Assembly (NCBI GenBank): GCA_965238005.1
Contig: OZ250165.1
Span: 2,240,001-2,304,000 of the forward strand
DNA length: 64,000 bases
Direction of reading: 5' to 3'
Origin: Longimicrobiales bacterium
GTDB taxonomy: Bacteria; Gemmatimonadota; Gemmatimonadetes; Longimicrobiales; Gaopeijiaceae
This document shows, piece by piece, positions 33,985 through 43,240 of this stretch. Within the stretch, counting starts at the first letter, position 1; every line of letters begins with the position of its first letter. The translations under genes were made by a program, and so were the position numbers. The notes beneath the pieces were generated by a model. That model was not told the DNA's origin and searched no databases. It worked only from the letters and a program-made list of their open reading frames with translations.

Positions 33985-34154
33985 ATGAGGAAGCGCTTCG
34001 CATCTTATTCGCCGTCGCCACCTTCTCGTTCGCATTGGGTGCCTGCTCGTCCCCCGCCGGCCTGGACTGCACCACCGGAGATAGCTTCTGCCAGTCGGGC
34101 AGCAATGGTCACAATCCGGGCAGCAACGGTCACAACCCGGGCAGCGGCGGCTAA
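33985..34154 (+). CDS. Small lipoprotein-signal peptide with GSNGHNP repeats (apparent 1-nt frameshift after start)
   Basis: GGAGG at 33969 and ATG 33985. Adding one base after ATGAGGAA gives MRKALRILFAVATFSFALGA-CSSPAGLDCTTGDSFCQSGSNGHNPGSNGHNPGSGG. In-frame upstream ATGs exist at 33909 and 33936. Confidence 0.7.
34098..34145 (+). repeat. 21-bp coding tandem repeat (about 2.3 copies)
   Basis: GGCAGCAAYGGTCACAAYCCG x2 plus GGCAGC; copies differ only at synonymous positions. Confidence 0.9.
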
Positions 34155-35965
34155 GTAACCAGCTCGCCCTCCGTCGACAACTGGCCCCGCATAGCGTTCA
34201 GCTCGCTGCGGACTCCGTCGATGCCCTCGAGGGTCGCGGGTTCGGTGGGTGCACTCGCACCCTCTGCTGCGAATTCTCCGGCGCTTAGGGCTTCGAGGGC
34301 AGCCTCCGCCTGGAAGGAGATCTGGTTGTTGCCGTGCTCCTCGGAGTACGTCTTCGCTTCCGTGAGTCAGCGTTCAGCCAACTCCATGTCCCCCAGGAGG
34401 CCATAGGCCTTACCGCGATAGAGAAGTAGCTCGGAGACCATGAAGGGCGACCCGCTTCGCCAGGCCGTCTCGTCGACGGCCTCGAGTCGAGCCTCGAACT
34501 GTTTTCGACGGCCCAGAAGAGCCTCGATGTAGGCCAGGGCGTCCAGCGCGTAGACCCGATAACGGAAGTCCTGCGTACAGTGTGCCACTACCGTGTAGGC
34601 GTCTTCCGCAGCCGCGAGCTCACCCACCTCGACAAAGGCCCAGGCCAGGTCAGAGAGGGCCTGCAGCTGGTCCCGCTCCGAAGGATAAAGGCGAACCGCC
34701 TCCCAACCGTGCCGGATCGCCTTCCCGGGGCGACCGGACAGCTTCTCGTCGGTCATGAGGTCGTGGTGACTCAATCCCTGCACGTAGCGGTCGCCATCCG
34801 CCTCTCCCCACTCCAGGGTCTGTCGATGCAGCTCGAGGGCTCGCGGCAGGTTCCCCTTCTCCCGGAGGGCGTTCCCCAGCCCCAGAGTCGCCATAGCCGA
34901 CAGCCGGCCGTCGTCGAGCGCCCCACCCAGGTCCTGGGCCACCCCGTACCACTGCTCGCTCTCGTCCCATGCGCCGAGCCGGCGATGGGCTCTGCCGAGG
35001 AAGCGGGCGGCGGATCCGGCGATGGCTCCCGATCCACAGGTCACCGCTACCAGGTAGGCCAGGTTGAAGACCTCCCGAGCCCCGTGCAGGTGCCCGAGCA
35101 TGTCCACGCGGTCCGTCAGCTCCAGGAGAGAGCGTCCCAGCTCTACCCCGTCGCCGGAGCCGAGGGCTTCCAAGACCGCGCTCCAGCTCGCTCGCTCGGG
35201 ATCGCCCCGGTCCACCGCGTCGAGCTCGCGCCCAACTCCCTCGACCTGCTGACACAGGGCCTCGGGATCCAAGATGAGCTCCTCGTCCAGTGCGGACCGT
35301 ACCGCACGGGCAACGAGGAAGCGCGCGGCGATCCGGCGATTCGTCTCGGCGTCGGCCTCTCGCCCCTCCAGGTCCTTGAGGATCGCCCATCCGGAAAAGG
35401 TCTCCCCCGCCTCGGGACCGGCGCCCTTCCGCGGGCGCCTCGAACCGGCCGCTTTGCGGTCCAGATCCTGATGAAGAACCACGGCCGCCGCCTCACCAGC
35501 GAGGAACATGAGCTCGTCCGTGACCTCCACCGCGAGCCGCGCTCGGGGCGTCAGAGAGTCGACTATGAGGAACCAAGCCCTGGTTCCGTCGCTGCCCATG
35601 GCGACGCAGCAGGAGCTGCGGACGCCCGAGATCGGGATCTCACCGGAGCGCTCGGTGTCCGGCAGGTCGAGGAGGCCTGGCACACCCTTGCCCCACACGA
35701 CGCGACACGCCTGCATCGCGAAGTCTCGCCGGGGGGGATTCCCCACGAGGTCCAGCAGGCAGTGAACGTGAACCAAGCCGGGCCCGTATTCATCGACCCA
35801 AACGACGGCGGCCCGATCGGCCCCGACCAGCTCCTGCGCCGAGGTGAGATACCCCAGGAGGCATGAGCGCGCCGGGTCCCCCCGGTAGAGCGCGGCGGTC
35901 TGCTCGGACCGTTTCGCCCGCCCGCTCCGGTAATCTGCGAGGCGTGGAACGTTCGAAGTAGACAT
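34151..35965 (-). CDS. GAF-like + TPR-repeat protein with in-frame TGA at 34367-34369 (possible pseudogene)
   Basis: N-terminal AQELVGADRAAVVW...VRSSCCVAM...AWFLIVDS...ELMFLAGEAAAVV (GAF-like); TPR helices (LGRAHRRLGAWDESEQWY, LGNALREKGNLPRALELH); frame stays open 71 codons past the TGA to TAG at 34151. Confidence 0.75.
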
Positions 35966-36064
35966 CTATGCCGGACCAAATAGCTTGTCGGGGGGATCCT
36001 TTAAAACTAGGTATCGGGAGCGGGAAAAACAACGGTGACCTCTATCCCCAATCACACCTCGTCT

Positions 36065-37027
36065 ATGGCCGCAACCGCCGAAAACGGAGGGTCAGGCGCC
36101 CCGCCAGCCCCGGGTTCGCAGGCCGAAAGGCCCGTACTGCGGGTCGACATCCTCCTTGTTGTATTATGTGTCATCTGGGGAGTGAACTTCTCCGTCATTA
36201 AGGTGGCGCTGGTCGAGATCGAGCCCCTCGCGTTCAATGCCCTCAGGTTCCCCCTCGCCGCCGTAACGCTCTTCGTGCTGTTGAGATGGCGGGGTCCTAT
36301 CCCCCTTCCCCAACGGGGCCACCGGGCTCGCGTTGTCCTTCTAGGTCTTCTGGGCAACCTCGTGTATCAGTTTCTGTTCATCTTCGGGATCGACGGGACT
36401 CTGGTCGGAAACGCGAGCCTCGTCCTCGCAACAACGCCGATCTGGACCCTGGTCCTCTCCACCGCGCTCGGCCAGGAGCAGCATGCGGTGGCCGTCTGGG
36501 TGGGCGTGCTGGCGACCCTGGGAGGCATGGTGCTCGTCGTCGCCGGAGGCAGCAACGCCGTAAGCTTCGCGGACGGTCTCCCCAGGGGCGATCTGCTCCT
36601 GGTTGCCGCTGCCGTCACATGGTCCGTCTACACCGTCGGAGCTCAGGATCTGACCCGCCGGTACGGAGCGCTCGCCGTTACATCCTGGACCCTGTGGATC
36701 GGCACCGTGGGCCTTGTAGCCGCCGGCGCCGCCTCCGTCGCTGAGATGGACCTTCGCGCGGTCTCTCCCATGGCATGGGTCGGGGTCGCCTACGCCGGTA
36801 TCCTCGCTATCGCCATCGCGTATCTGCTGTGGAACCACGGGTTGCAGCACATCGGCAGTGCGCGGACTGCGGCGTTCTCGAATCTCGTTCCGGTCGTCGC
36901 GCTCATCACCGCGGCCCTGTGGCTCGGCGAAGAGCCCTCCGTTCTCCAGATGGCAGGCGCAATAACCATCATCGGAGGGGTGTGGCTGGCCCGTGTGGCC
37001 AGGACCAGAGAGGGATCGTCCGCCTAA
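36065..37027 (+). CDS. DMT/EamA family transporter
   Basis: IWGVNFSVIK, two EamA repeats, about 10 TM segments, LWLGE. Confidence 0.92.
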   Translation: MAATAENGGSGAPPAPGSQAERPVLRVDILLVVLCVIWGVNFSVIKVALVEIEPLAFNALRFPLAAVTLFVLLRWRGPIPLPQRGHRARVVLLGLLGNLVYQFLFIFGIDGTLVGNASLVLATTPIWTLVLSTALGQEQHAVAVWVGVLATLGGMVLVVAGGSNAVSFADGLPRGDLLLVAAAVTWSVYTVGAQDLTRRYGALAVTSWTLWIGTVGLVAAGAASVAEMDLRAVSPMAWVGVAYAGILAIAIAYLLWNHGLQHIGSARTAAFSNLVPVVALITAALWLGEEPSVLQMAGAITIIGGVWLARVARTREGSSA

Positions 37028-37821
37028 CCCTTCGAGCCCGACTCCAGCCTCGGGTGATGCCGGACCTCGGGGAACTCGTACACGATGATCCCCTGGTTGG
37101 TCACATCCGAACGGACCCTGAGCCCGTCGTCCATGGACTCCAGCACGCTCTCGGCCACGGCCAAGGAGAGGTTGAGCGAGGCGGCCACCTCGGTCACGGT
37201 GAGGGTCCCGCCTTTTTCCGTGGCCAGGAGCAGCACGCGGCGCTGCAGCCGCGTCATGAGGGCCCTTCGACGATCCTGGCGGGCCTTGAGCCCCCACCAG
37301 ATGGTAGCGGTGCCCCCCGCTCCCATGACGCTGCCCACCGCCACGGCGGCGAGATCGAACTCGACGAAGCCCACGGAGATTATGAGCGCAGCCGCGAGGA
37401 CAATAGCCACACCGAAGACTCTCCGGCCGATCCCACGTCTGGGAAGCGGCTCGTCGGCCTCGAAATGCGGACCGACTGCGACCGAGCCCGCCAACGCCGG
37501 CGCACGGGCCGCTCCGGGACCCAGCACTGCCGCGTTCTCCCAGCCCAGGCCGCACTGGGGACAGATCCTGTGTTTACGGCGGGCCAGCCAGTATGCCAGC
37601 CCCCCCAGACCGTACGTGAACAGCGAAACACCGATGAGGAGACCCATGTGTCCGGGCCGCTTGAAATACTCGATTCCGTTCCCCACGTATGCGCACCGCG
37701 GGCAGCTCCGCACTCCCAACCCCACCGGACGCGCGACGGAGCGCAATGAAACCGCCACCCCACAAGTGGGACAAGCGGTTTCGTGCTCTCTCAGATGCTC
37801 ACCACAGGTAGAACAGCGCAT
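37024..37821 (-). CDS. Membrane protein with four CxxC motifs and a C-terminal winged-helix-like segment
   Basis: CSTC/CPTC, CPRC...CPQC, TM helices, GTLTVTEVAASLNLS...GIIVYEFP. Confidence 0.75.
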   Translation of the reverse strand: MRCSTCGEHLREHETACPTCGVAVSLRSVARPVGLGVRSCPRCAYVGNGIEYFKRPGHMGLLIGVSLFTYGLGGLAYWLARRKHRICPQCGLGWENAAVLGPGAARAPALAGSVAVGPHFEADEPLPRRGIGRRVFGVAIVLAAALIISVGFVEFDLAAVAVGSVMGAGGTATIWWGLKARQDRRRALMTRLQRRVLLLATEKGGTLTVTEVAASLNLSLAVAESVLESMDDGLRVRSDVTNQGIIVYEFPEVRHHPRLESGSKG

Positions 37822-37914
37822 TTATCCTCGACGAAGGAGTCTCCTCAACGTAGACACTCGACACTACGTGTTCGTTCCGGAGAAGATTCAGCCTTTCCGC
37901 GGGCCACCGAGCAG

Positions 37915-40086
37915 CTAGAACAGCCTCACGAGTTTGAGTCGCAAACCGGCCTGCAGGGGAGCCGGCCCCCCCTCTGGGCCCGCCAGGTTCAAGGCCAATC
38001 CTCCTTCCCCACTTCCCAGCAAGAAGTATGCACCTGAGGACGACCAGAGCCGTCCCTCGGCAAAGAAATCCCCGACCGTGATGACCGTGGGCCTCAACGA
38101 GAAGGACCCGACGCCTTCCGAGAGGGTCTCCACCAGATCGATACCCGGGAACTGCAGGGCCGCCCTCACCGGGATCTGGCTGTTCCCAGAGAGCTGCCCC
38201 TCCACCGCGATCGCCGCGCTCCAGTCCGAGAACAGAGCCTCCCAGTCCCGGCCCGTCACCGCCTCCACGTTATCGATTCCGGTCCGCGTGGTCTGGGTCA
38301 GCGACGCCAGGACGGCATCGCTGCCCGCCTGGTCCCTCAGGTAGCGAACGAACAGCCAGCCCGCGCCACGCTCTTCGAGCGTCCCCTGGCCGATGACGAC
38401 GATCAGGCTCACGTCGGCCGGATCCGCAAGGAATCGATTCGCTCGTCGCCAATTGCCCTTCTGAAAGTCTTCGGCATCGAGGCTCCCTCGCCTACGCAAC
38501 TCCTCTCCGACGAGGTCCTCGCTCATCTGGGCAAGCCCCTCGGAGAGCCAGAGCACGTCGGCACGCTGCCCGCCTCGCTGAATGATCCGCTCGTTGTGGT
38601 GGATCATGTGCTGGAGCTCGTGGGCGAGAATGGCCGGCACGGTGGCTCGGATGAGGTTCAGGCTTTGGACGTTGCCGTACCGCCCCGTGGGGTCGGGAAT
38701 CATCACGTAGAAGATCTCGGCCGCATTGCTGTCTTCGGCCTCGGTGAAGAGATCCAGGCCGAAGAAGAATCCGCCCACGAAGTCGCTGGAGCCCGGTGGG
38801 GTCAGTCGATTGACGGTGGGGGTGAAGAGGATGATGACCTTCTCGTTTCCGTCCACGTCGGAGAGTTGTCCGAAGGCTCTCACGTCCACGGTGTAGATCG
38901 GATCGTCGAAGACGCTGCCGAAGCGCTCCAGGTCGGCTGGTGCCAGGCTGCCGAGGGCTGCGACGTCCACATACAGGAGGGCTCGCTCCGACACCCCGCG
39001 AACCTCCGCCGTGACCTGATCGAACTCGCCGTCGGCCCCCACCACCTTGAAGTCCCTACGGTCCCCCACCTCGGGCGCTCGCGCTGCCGGTGAGAGAGCG
39101 GGCCGCGCCAAGGATGCTCGCTGCTTGCCGAGGAGCTCCTCCTCCAGGGCCCGCAGGAACACCTTCCACTCCTCCCGAATCGCCCGGTCATGAGGCTCGG
39201 AAGCGGTCAGCCCTCCACTCGAAGGAGACACCAGGCGGGCTGCCGGTGTTTGCGACGACCGCCGCAGGCCTGTGAGCGCGTAGTCGAATCGGGCCGCACC
39301 GATGGAGCTCGCAGACTGGGCAACGGCCAGCCAGTTCCCCACCGCCAGGCGGAGGCACGAAGGGCCGTCTCCGATGACGACGGTCGTATCGGCCCCGAAG
39401 TCCGGATCGAGCGCCGCACCGGAAGCCCGAATACCCAGGGAAAGCGCTCTGCTCGCTTCGTCTCCCAAACGCACCGACACGTCCACCGTCGTGCTGGGCA
39501 GACATGGCGGCACCTCTACGGAGAGCCGGGTCGGCCCTGCGGCCATGACGGATCCGCGAATCCCCGAGAAGAGTACCACGTTATGAGATGCGATCGCGCT
39601 GAAGTTGTCTCCGTCCAGCGTGATGAGGTCTCCGGCATCCGCGGTGACTGTAGACAGCCCCGTGAGCTGTGGGGGAAGCACGGCCCATGCCTCGAACTCC
39701 ACGAACCGCTCGGGTTGGTCTCGAAGCCGAGCCTGTATCAGGTAGCGGCCCAGGCCGTTGCCCAAGCGGAGGCGTGCCGTCGCCAGCCCGGTGGAGTCGC
39801 TCTGGCTGGTCCCGGGGTCCAACTGCGCGCCGGAGCCTTCTACGACCGACCACTCCACCACGACGCCCTCCACGGGCCGTCCATCGCCGATCCGCAGAGC
39901 CGACACGGTCAGGGGATCTATGAGGAACTGACCGGAGGGTCCGAATTGGCCGCTCCCCGACACGGCCACCAGGTCGACTTCCGGTGTGGGCGGCTCGGTA
40001 GGACCGTCCTCGGAGCAGGTCGTGATGCCCAGTGAAGCGAGGAGGGTGACTCCGACGAGGAGCCTGCGCGAAAACGGGTCCATCAC
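37915..40086 (-). CDS. Lipoprotein with Ig/IPT domains and M30-like zinc metallopeptidase domain
   Basis: Signal peptide with ITTC; Ig-like SDSTGLAT; IPT ITLDGDNFS; AHELQHMI and WLSEGLA. Confidence 0.8.
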   Translation of the reverse strand: MMDPFSRRLLVGVTLLASLGITTCSEDGPTEPPTPEVDLVAVSGSGQFGPSGQFLIDPLTVSALRIGDGRPVEGVVVEWSVVEGSGAQLDPGTSQSDSTGLATARLRLGNGLGRYLIQARLRDQPERFVEFEAWAVLPPQLTGLSTVTADAGDLITLDGDNFSAIASHNVVLFSGIRGSVMAAGPTRLSVEVPPCLPSTTVDVSVRLGDEASRALSLGIRASGAALDPDFGADTTVVIGDGPSCLRLAVGNWLAVAQSASSIGAARFDYALTGLRRSSQTPAARLVSPSSGGLTASEPHDRAIREEWKVFLRALEEELLGKQRASLARPALSPAARAPEVGDRRDFKVVGADGEFDQVTAEVRGVSERALLYVDVAALGSLAPADLERFGSVFDDPIYTVDVRAFGQLSDVDGNEKVIILFTPTVNRLTPPGSSDFVGGFFFGLDLFTEAEDSNAAEIFYVMIPDPTGRYGNVQSLNLIRATVPAILAHELQHMIHHNERIIQRGGQRADVLWLSEGLAQMSEDLVGEELRRRGSLDAEDFQKGNWRRANRFLADPADVSLIVVIGQGTLEERGAGWLFVRYLRDQAGSDAVLASLTQTTRTGIDNVEAVTGRDWEALFSDWSAAIAVEGQLSGNSQIPVRAALQFPGIDLVETLSEGVGSFSLRPTVITVGDFFAEGRLWSSSGAYFLLGSGEGGLALNLAGPEGGPAPLQAGLRLKLVRLF

Positions 40087-41084
40087 CGCGGGATGGTCGA
40101 CAAAGCCAGCAACTCGAGGATCGGGCTCCCGGTCAGGGTCGCGGATCCGGTTCTGACTCGTCCGATGACGCGAATACGCTCCAGAGGGCTTAGGCCCTCG
40201 GCCTCCTGGAGCCGCTCCGGCGGAATCGCCACATAAACGAATACGCCTTCTCCACGCCCAATCCTGGTGAGGAGGAACGGCTCTCCCTCGTAGAAGTCCG
40301 TTCGGATCTTCTCAGCCCGTTCTAGAGAGATGAATTGGAGATCCCACTGGAGCACCCGGCCGCGGTACTCGAGGGGTGCGGCAGCGACGTCTTCGGTGCT
40401 CACGTCCGTGAGGACAGCGGTCTCGCCCTCCACGGCCGCGCCCTCCGGAAGCCACGTCCACCCGTCTAACCTGACCCTCGCCCAGTTTCCCTCTCTCGCG
40501 AGGATCCTCAAGTTCGCCCCGGGCACGGCCGTGGCCAACGTGTCTCCGTCGGGAGTGCTGAGGATGGTCGCCTCGGTCTCCCCACTGCTGGTCCACTGCT
40601 CGGCGAGAATGACCTCCGCCCCCCGAGGGGCATCGCCCGGCGCCGGGCCTTCGAGTTCCACGGACTGGCTCCAGATCCACGCACTTCGGCGCACCCTGAC
40701 CCATCCGGGCACCCTCTCCACCTCTTGCAGGAGGGTCCCTTCCTCCAATCGACCGATGACATCCCCCGACGGAGTAACCCTGATGTTCTCACCGCCCGAG
40801 GCCGACACCACAAGGTCGGAGTCGACGCGGCTGACCACCTGAAGCGATCGGGTCCAGACCCACCCCATCAGCTCGAACTGGAGCCAATCGTCGGCGAGGT
40901 CCAGAACCGCAAGGGCCGCACCGGGGCGGAGTTGGCCCAACAGCGTCCCGTTCGGCTGGGCGCGAAAATTCTCGTCTGCCGTCACGGTTCCGCTCTGTCC
41001 GACGAGACCCTGATTGAAAAGCACCGCAAGACAGGCGCCGAGGAAGACCGTAGTGGCCCGCAATCGCTGAAAATCCTCGCTCAT
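40083..41084 (-). CDS. Exported protein with SH3b-like repeats and C-terminal OB-like domain
   Basis: ENFRAQPNGTLLGQL, ENIRVTPSGDVIGRL, REGNWARVRLDGW; start approximate. Confidence 0.7.
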   Translation of the reverse strand: MSEDFQRLRATTVFLGACLAVLFNQGLVGQSGTVTADENFRAQPNGTLLGQLRPGAALAVLDLADDWLQFELMGWVWTRSLQVVSRVDSDLVVSASGGENIRVTPSGDVIGRLEEGTLLQEVERVPGWVRVRRSAWIWSQSVELEGPAPGDAPRGAEVILAEQWTSSGETEATILSTPDGDTLATAVPGANLRILAREGNWARVRLDGWTWLPEGAAVEGETAVLTDVSTEDVAAAPLEYRGRVLQWDLQFISLERAEKIRTDFYEGEPFLLTRIGRGEGVFVYVAIPPERLQEAEGLSPLERIRVIGRVRTGSATLTGSPILELLALSTIPR

Positions 41085-41226
41085 CTTCCTGAAACGATCC
41101 TCGACAGACGGTGTTGAAAGGGTGATCTTCCGGCCCTCTGGACGACGGCAGACGTCACTTGGACGAATGTGTTCCAACCAGTGACGGTCGTCAAATACCC
41201 CTAAACCAAACGTCGAACCAGCTTTC

Positions 41227-41925
41227 ATGCCACACCCGAGAACAATCTACTTCCTACTCCTAGGAGCGTTTCTGCTCGATTCCGGCCCGGCCACCGCCCA
41301 GGACATTCCGTCGTCCTACCGCTTCGTCGAGAACTCCCAGGAGGGAGGCCTCTTCATCGGAACTGCGAGCCTCAATGCAGGTCAGCTCGGCCTGGGGCCG
41401 AAGTCGGCGAACGTCTTCGGAGGCCGCTACTCCGTCATGTTCGGCGGTGCTTTCGCCTTCGAGGGCGACGCTACCGTCTTCAAGGGCGAGCGGGACGTGA
41501 TCGACATCCGCCGGAGCGAGGATGATCGGGTTCTCGGGCAATCCACCATCGACCTCGTCGCCATCGACGCCCGCTTCAGGCTCAACCTGACGGGCCACCG
41601 AATCTGGCGGGGCTTGCAGCCCTTCATCGCCTTCGGGGGTGGGATGGCCTGGGGTAGCGATCTGGAGCGCACCCTGGAGGATGAAGTCGACATGCCGCTC
41701 CTGGACCGGTACGATTTCGGAAGAAAGTTCTTTGCGACTCTTTCGGGAGGCACGAACCTCCACCTCTCATCTCGCTTCATGCTGCGGCTGGATGGCGTAA
41801 TGAATCTCTTGAAGATCAGCACGCCGACGGGATGGCTCACCACCGATGCCGATCTGGGAGCGATTCCAGAGGACGAATGGGTATCGGCGCGAAACCTCTC
41901 CATCGGAGCCAGTTGGCGCTTCTGA
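41227..41925 (+). CDS. Outer-membrane beta-barrel protein
   Basis: Signal peptide ATA-Q, amphipathic strands, QPFIAFGGG, terminal IGASWRF. Confidence 0.8.
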   Translation: MPHPRTIYFLLLGAFLLDSGPATAQDIPSSYRFVENSQEGGLFIGTASLNAGQLGLGPKSANVFGGRYSVMFGGAFAFEGDATVFKGERDVIDIRRSEDDRVLGQSTIDLVAIDARFRLNLTGHRIWRGLQPFIAFGGGMAWGSDLERTLEDEVDMPLLDRYDFGRKFFATLSGGTNLHLSSRFMLRLDGVMNLLKISTPTGWLTTDADLGAIPEDEWVSARNLSIGASWRF

Positions 41926-41926
41926 G

Positions 41927-43240
41927 GTGACAGACTTCGAGTTCAGGGCTGCCGATTGGCTCTCAGTCGGGGAGGCTTTGCAGCGAATCCTGGCTGCGGT
42001 CTCACCCCTCGACGTGGAAAGGGTGCCACTGCGAGGCGCTCTTGGGCGCGCTCTGGCGTCGGACATCACCGCCCCTACCCAGCAACCGCCGTGGGAGAGC
42101 AGCGCCATGGACGGCTACGCCGTCCGCGGTGAGGACGTGGCCGGTGCCAACCCTGACGGACCCGTCGAGCTCACCGTAGTAGGTGCGGTGCTTCCGGCCA
42201 CGCGCTTCGACGGGAAGGTGGCTCCGGGCCAGGCCGTGCGGATCATGACAGGCGGATCCGTACCCGCCGGTGCGGATACCATCATTCGCGTGGAGGACAC
42301 CGATCGCGAGCAAGGGGAGCCGGGTCGGATCGTCATCCACTCGGACCGTGATCGGGGACGACATGTGCGGCCAGCCGCGGAGGATTGGGGTCGGGGTGAC
42401 GTTGCACTGAGGGCGGGCACGGGCATTGGTCCGGGTCAGATCGGTGTTCTCGCCAGTGCCCACGTCGCGAACGTACCCGTGCACCGAAAGCCGGTCGTGG
42501 CCATCCTCGCCAGCGGCGACGAGCTTCAGGACGTTGAGATCGCGCCTCCCGGCCCCGACCGAATCCCTGAGAGCAACAGTCATGTCGTCGCCTCTGCCGT
42601 CCACCTGGCCGGCGGTACACCATTGCGACTGGGGATCGCCAAGGACGACCCTGACGACATTCGCGCGCACCTCGAAAAGGCCGGAGAGGCGGATGTTCTG
42701 GTGACGCTCGGCGGAGCGTCGATGGGAGAGGGGGACCTCTTCAAGAGGGTTCTCGACGACGCAGGCTTTCGGTTGGACTTCTGGCGGGTGAAGATCCGGC
42801 CGGGGACCCCGACGAGCTTCGGCCACCTGCCCCGGGAGGGCGGTCCGGACCAGGCCATCTTCGGCCTACCCGGGAACCCGGCTTCGACCTTCGTGACCTT
42901 CGAGATCCTGGTGCGTCCGTTCCTTCTGGCGTTGGCCGGATACACACGCGTTCATAGGACCGTGATAACGGCTCGCGCCGGTGATGACCTTCGCGCTCCC
43001 AAAGCAATCACCGCCTTCCTGCGAGTGACACTGAGTCACACGGCGAACGTCACGGAAGCGTCCCTCACGGGCCCTCAGGGCTCCGGCCTGGTCAGTAGTC
43101 TGGCGACTGCGGACGGGCTGGCGGTGGTCCCGGAAGGGGTCCAAACCGTCGCCGAGGGCTCGCCCGTCGACGTCATCCTCCTCGATGACACACCCGGGCT
43201 CTCCACCGGAACCCCCTGGCTCGGGCCGGCCCGGCCGTGA
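41927..43240 (+). CDS. moeA: Molybdopterin molybdenumtransferase
   Basis: SAMDGYAV, RIMTGG, SGDEL, FGLPGNP, QGSG. Confidence 0.95.
   Translation: MTDFEFRAADWLSVGEALQRILAAVSPLDVERVPLRGALGRALASDITAPTQQPPWESSAMDGYAVRGEDVAGANPDGPVELTVVGAVLPATRFDGKVAPGQAVRIMTGGSVPAGADTIIRVEDTDREQGEPGRIVIHSDRDRGRHVRPAAEDWGRGDVALRAGTGIGPGQIGVLASAHVANVPVHRKPVVAILASGDELQDVEIAPPGPDRIPESNSHVVASAVHLAGGTPLRLGIAKDDPDDIRAHLEKAGEADVLVTLGGASMGEGDLFKRVLDDAGFRLDFWRVKIRPGTPTSFGHLPREGGPDQAIFGLPGNPASTFVTFEILVRPFLLALAGYTRVHRTVITARAGDDLRAPKAITAFLRVTLSHTANVTEASLTGPQGSGLVSSLATADGLAVVPEGVQTVAEGSPVDVILLDDTPGLSTGTPWLGPARP

Noticed and set aside
34098..34145. Repeat as a mini-CRISPR
   Set aside because: Head-to-tail 21-mers without spacers, in frame and varying only synonymously; no cas genes in the window.
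33985..34158. Unshifted 57-aa ORF MRKRFASYSPSPP...AAAAK as the real product
   Set aside because: No signal or motif, and the repeat differences are non-synonymous in this frame. Not fully excluded.
34367..34369. TGA as selenocysteine or an alternative genetic code
   Set aside because: Many genes here use TGA as a normal coupled stop, no convincing SECIS hairpin follows, and the context is a TPR helix rather than a redox motif.
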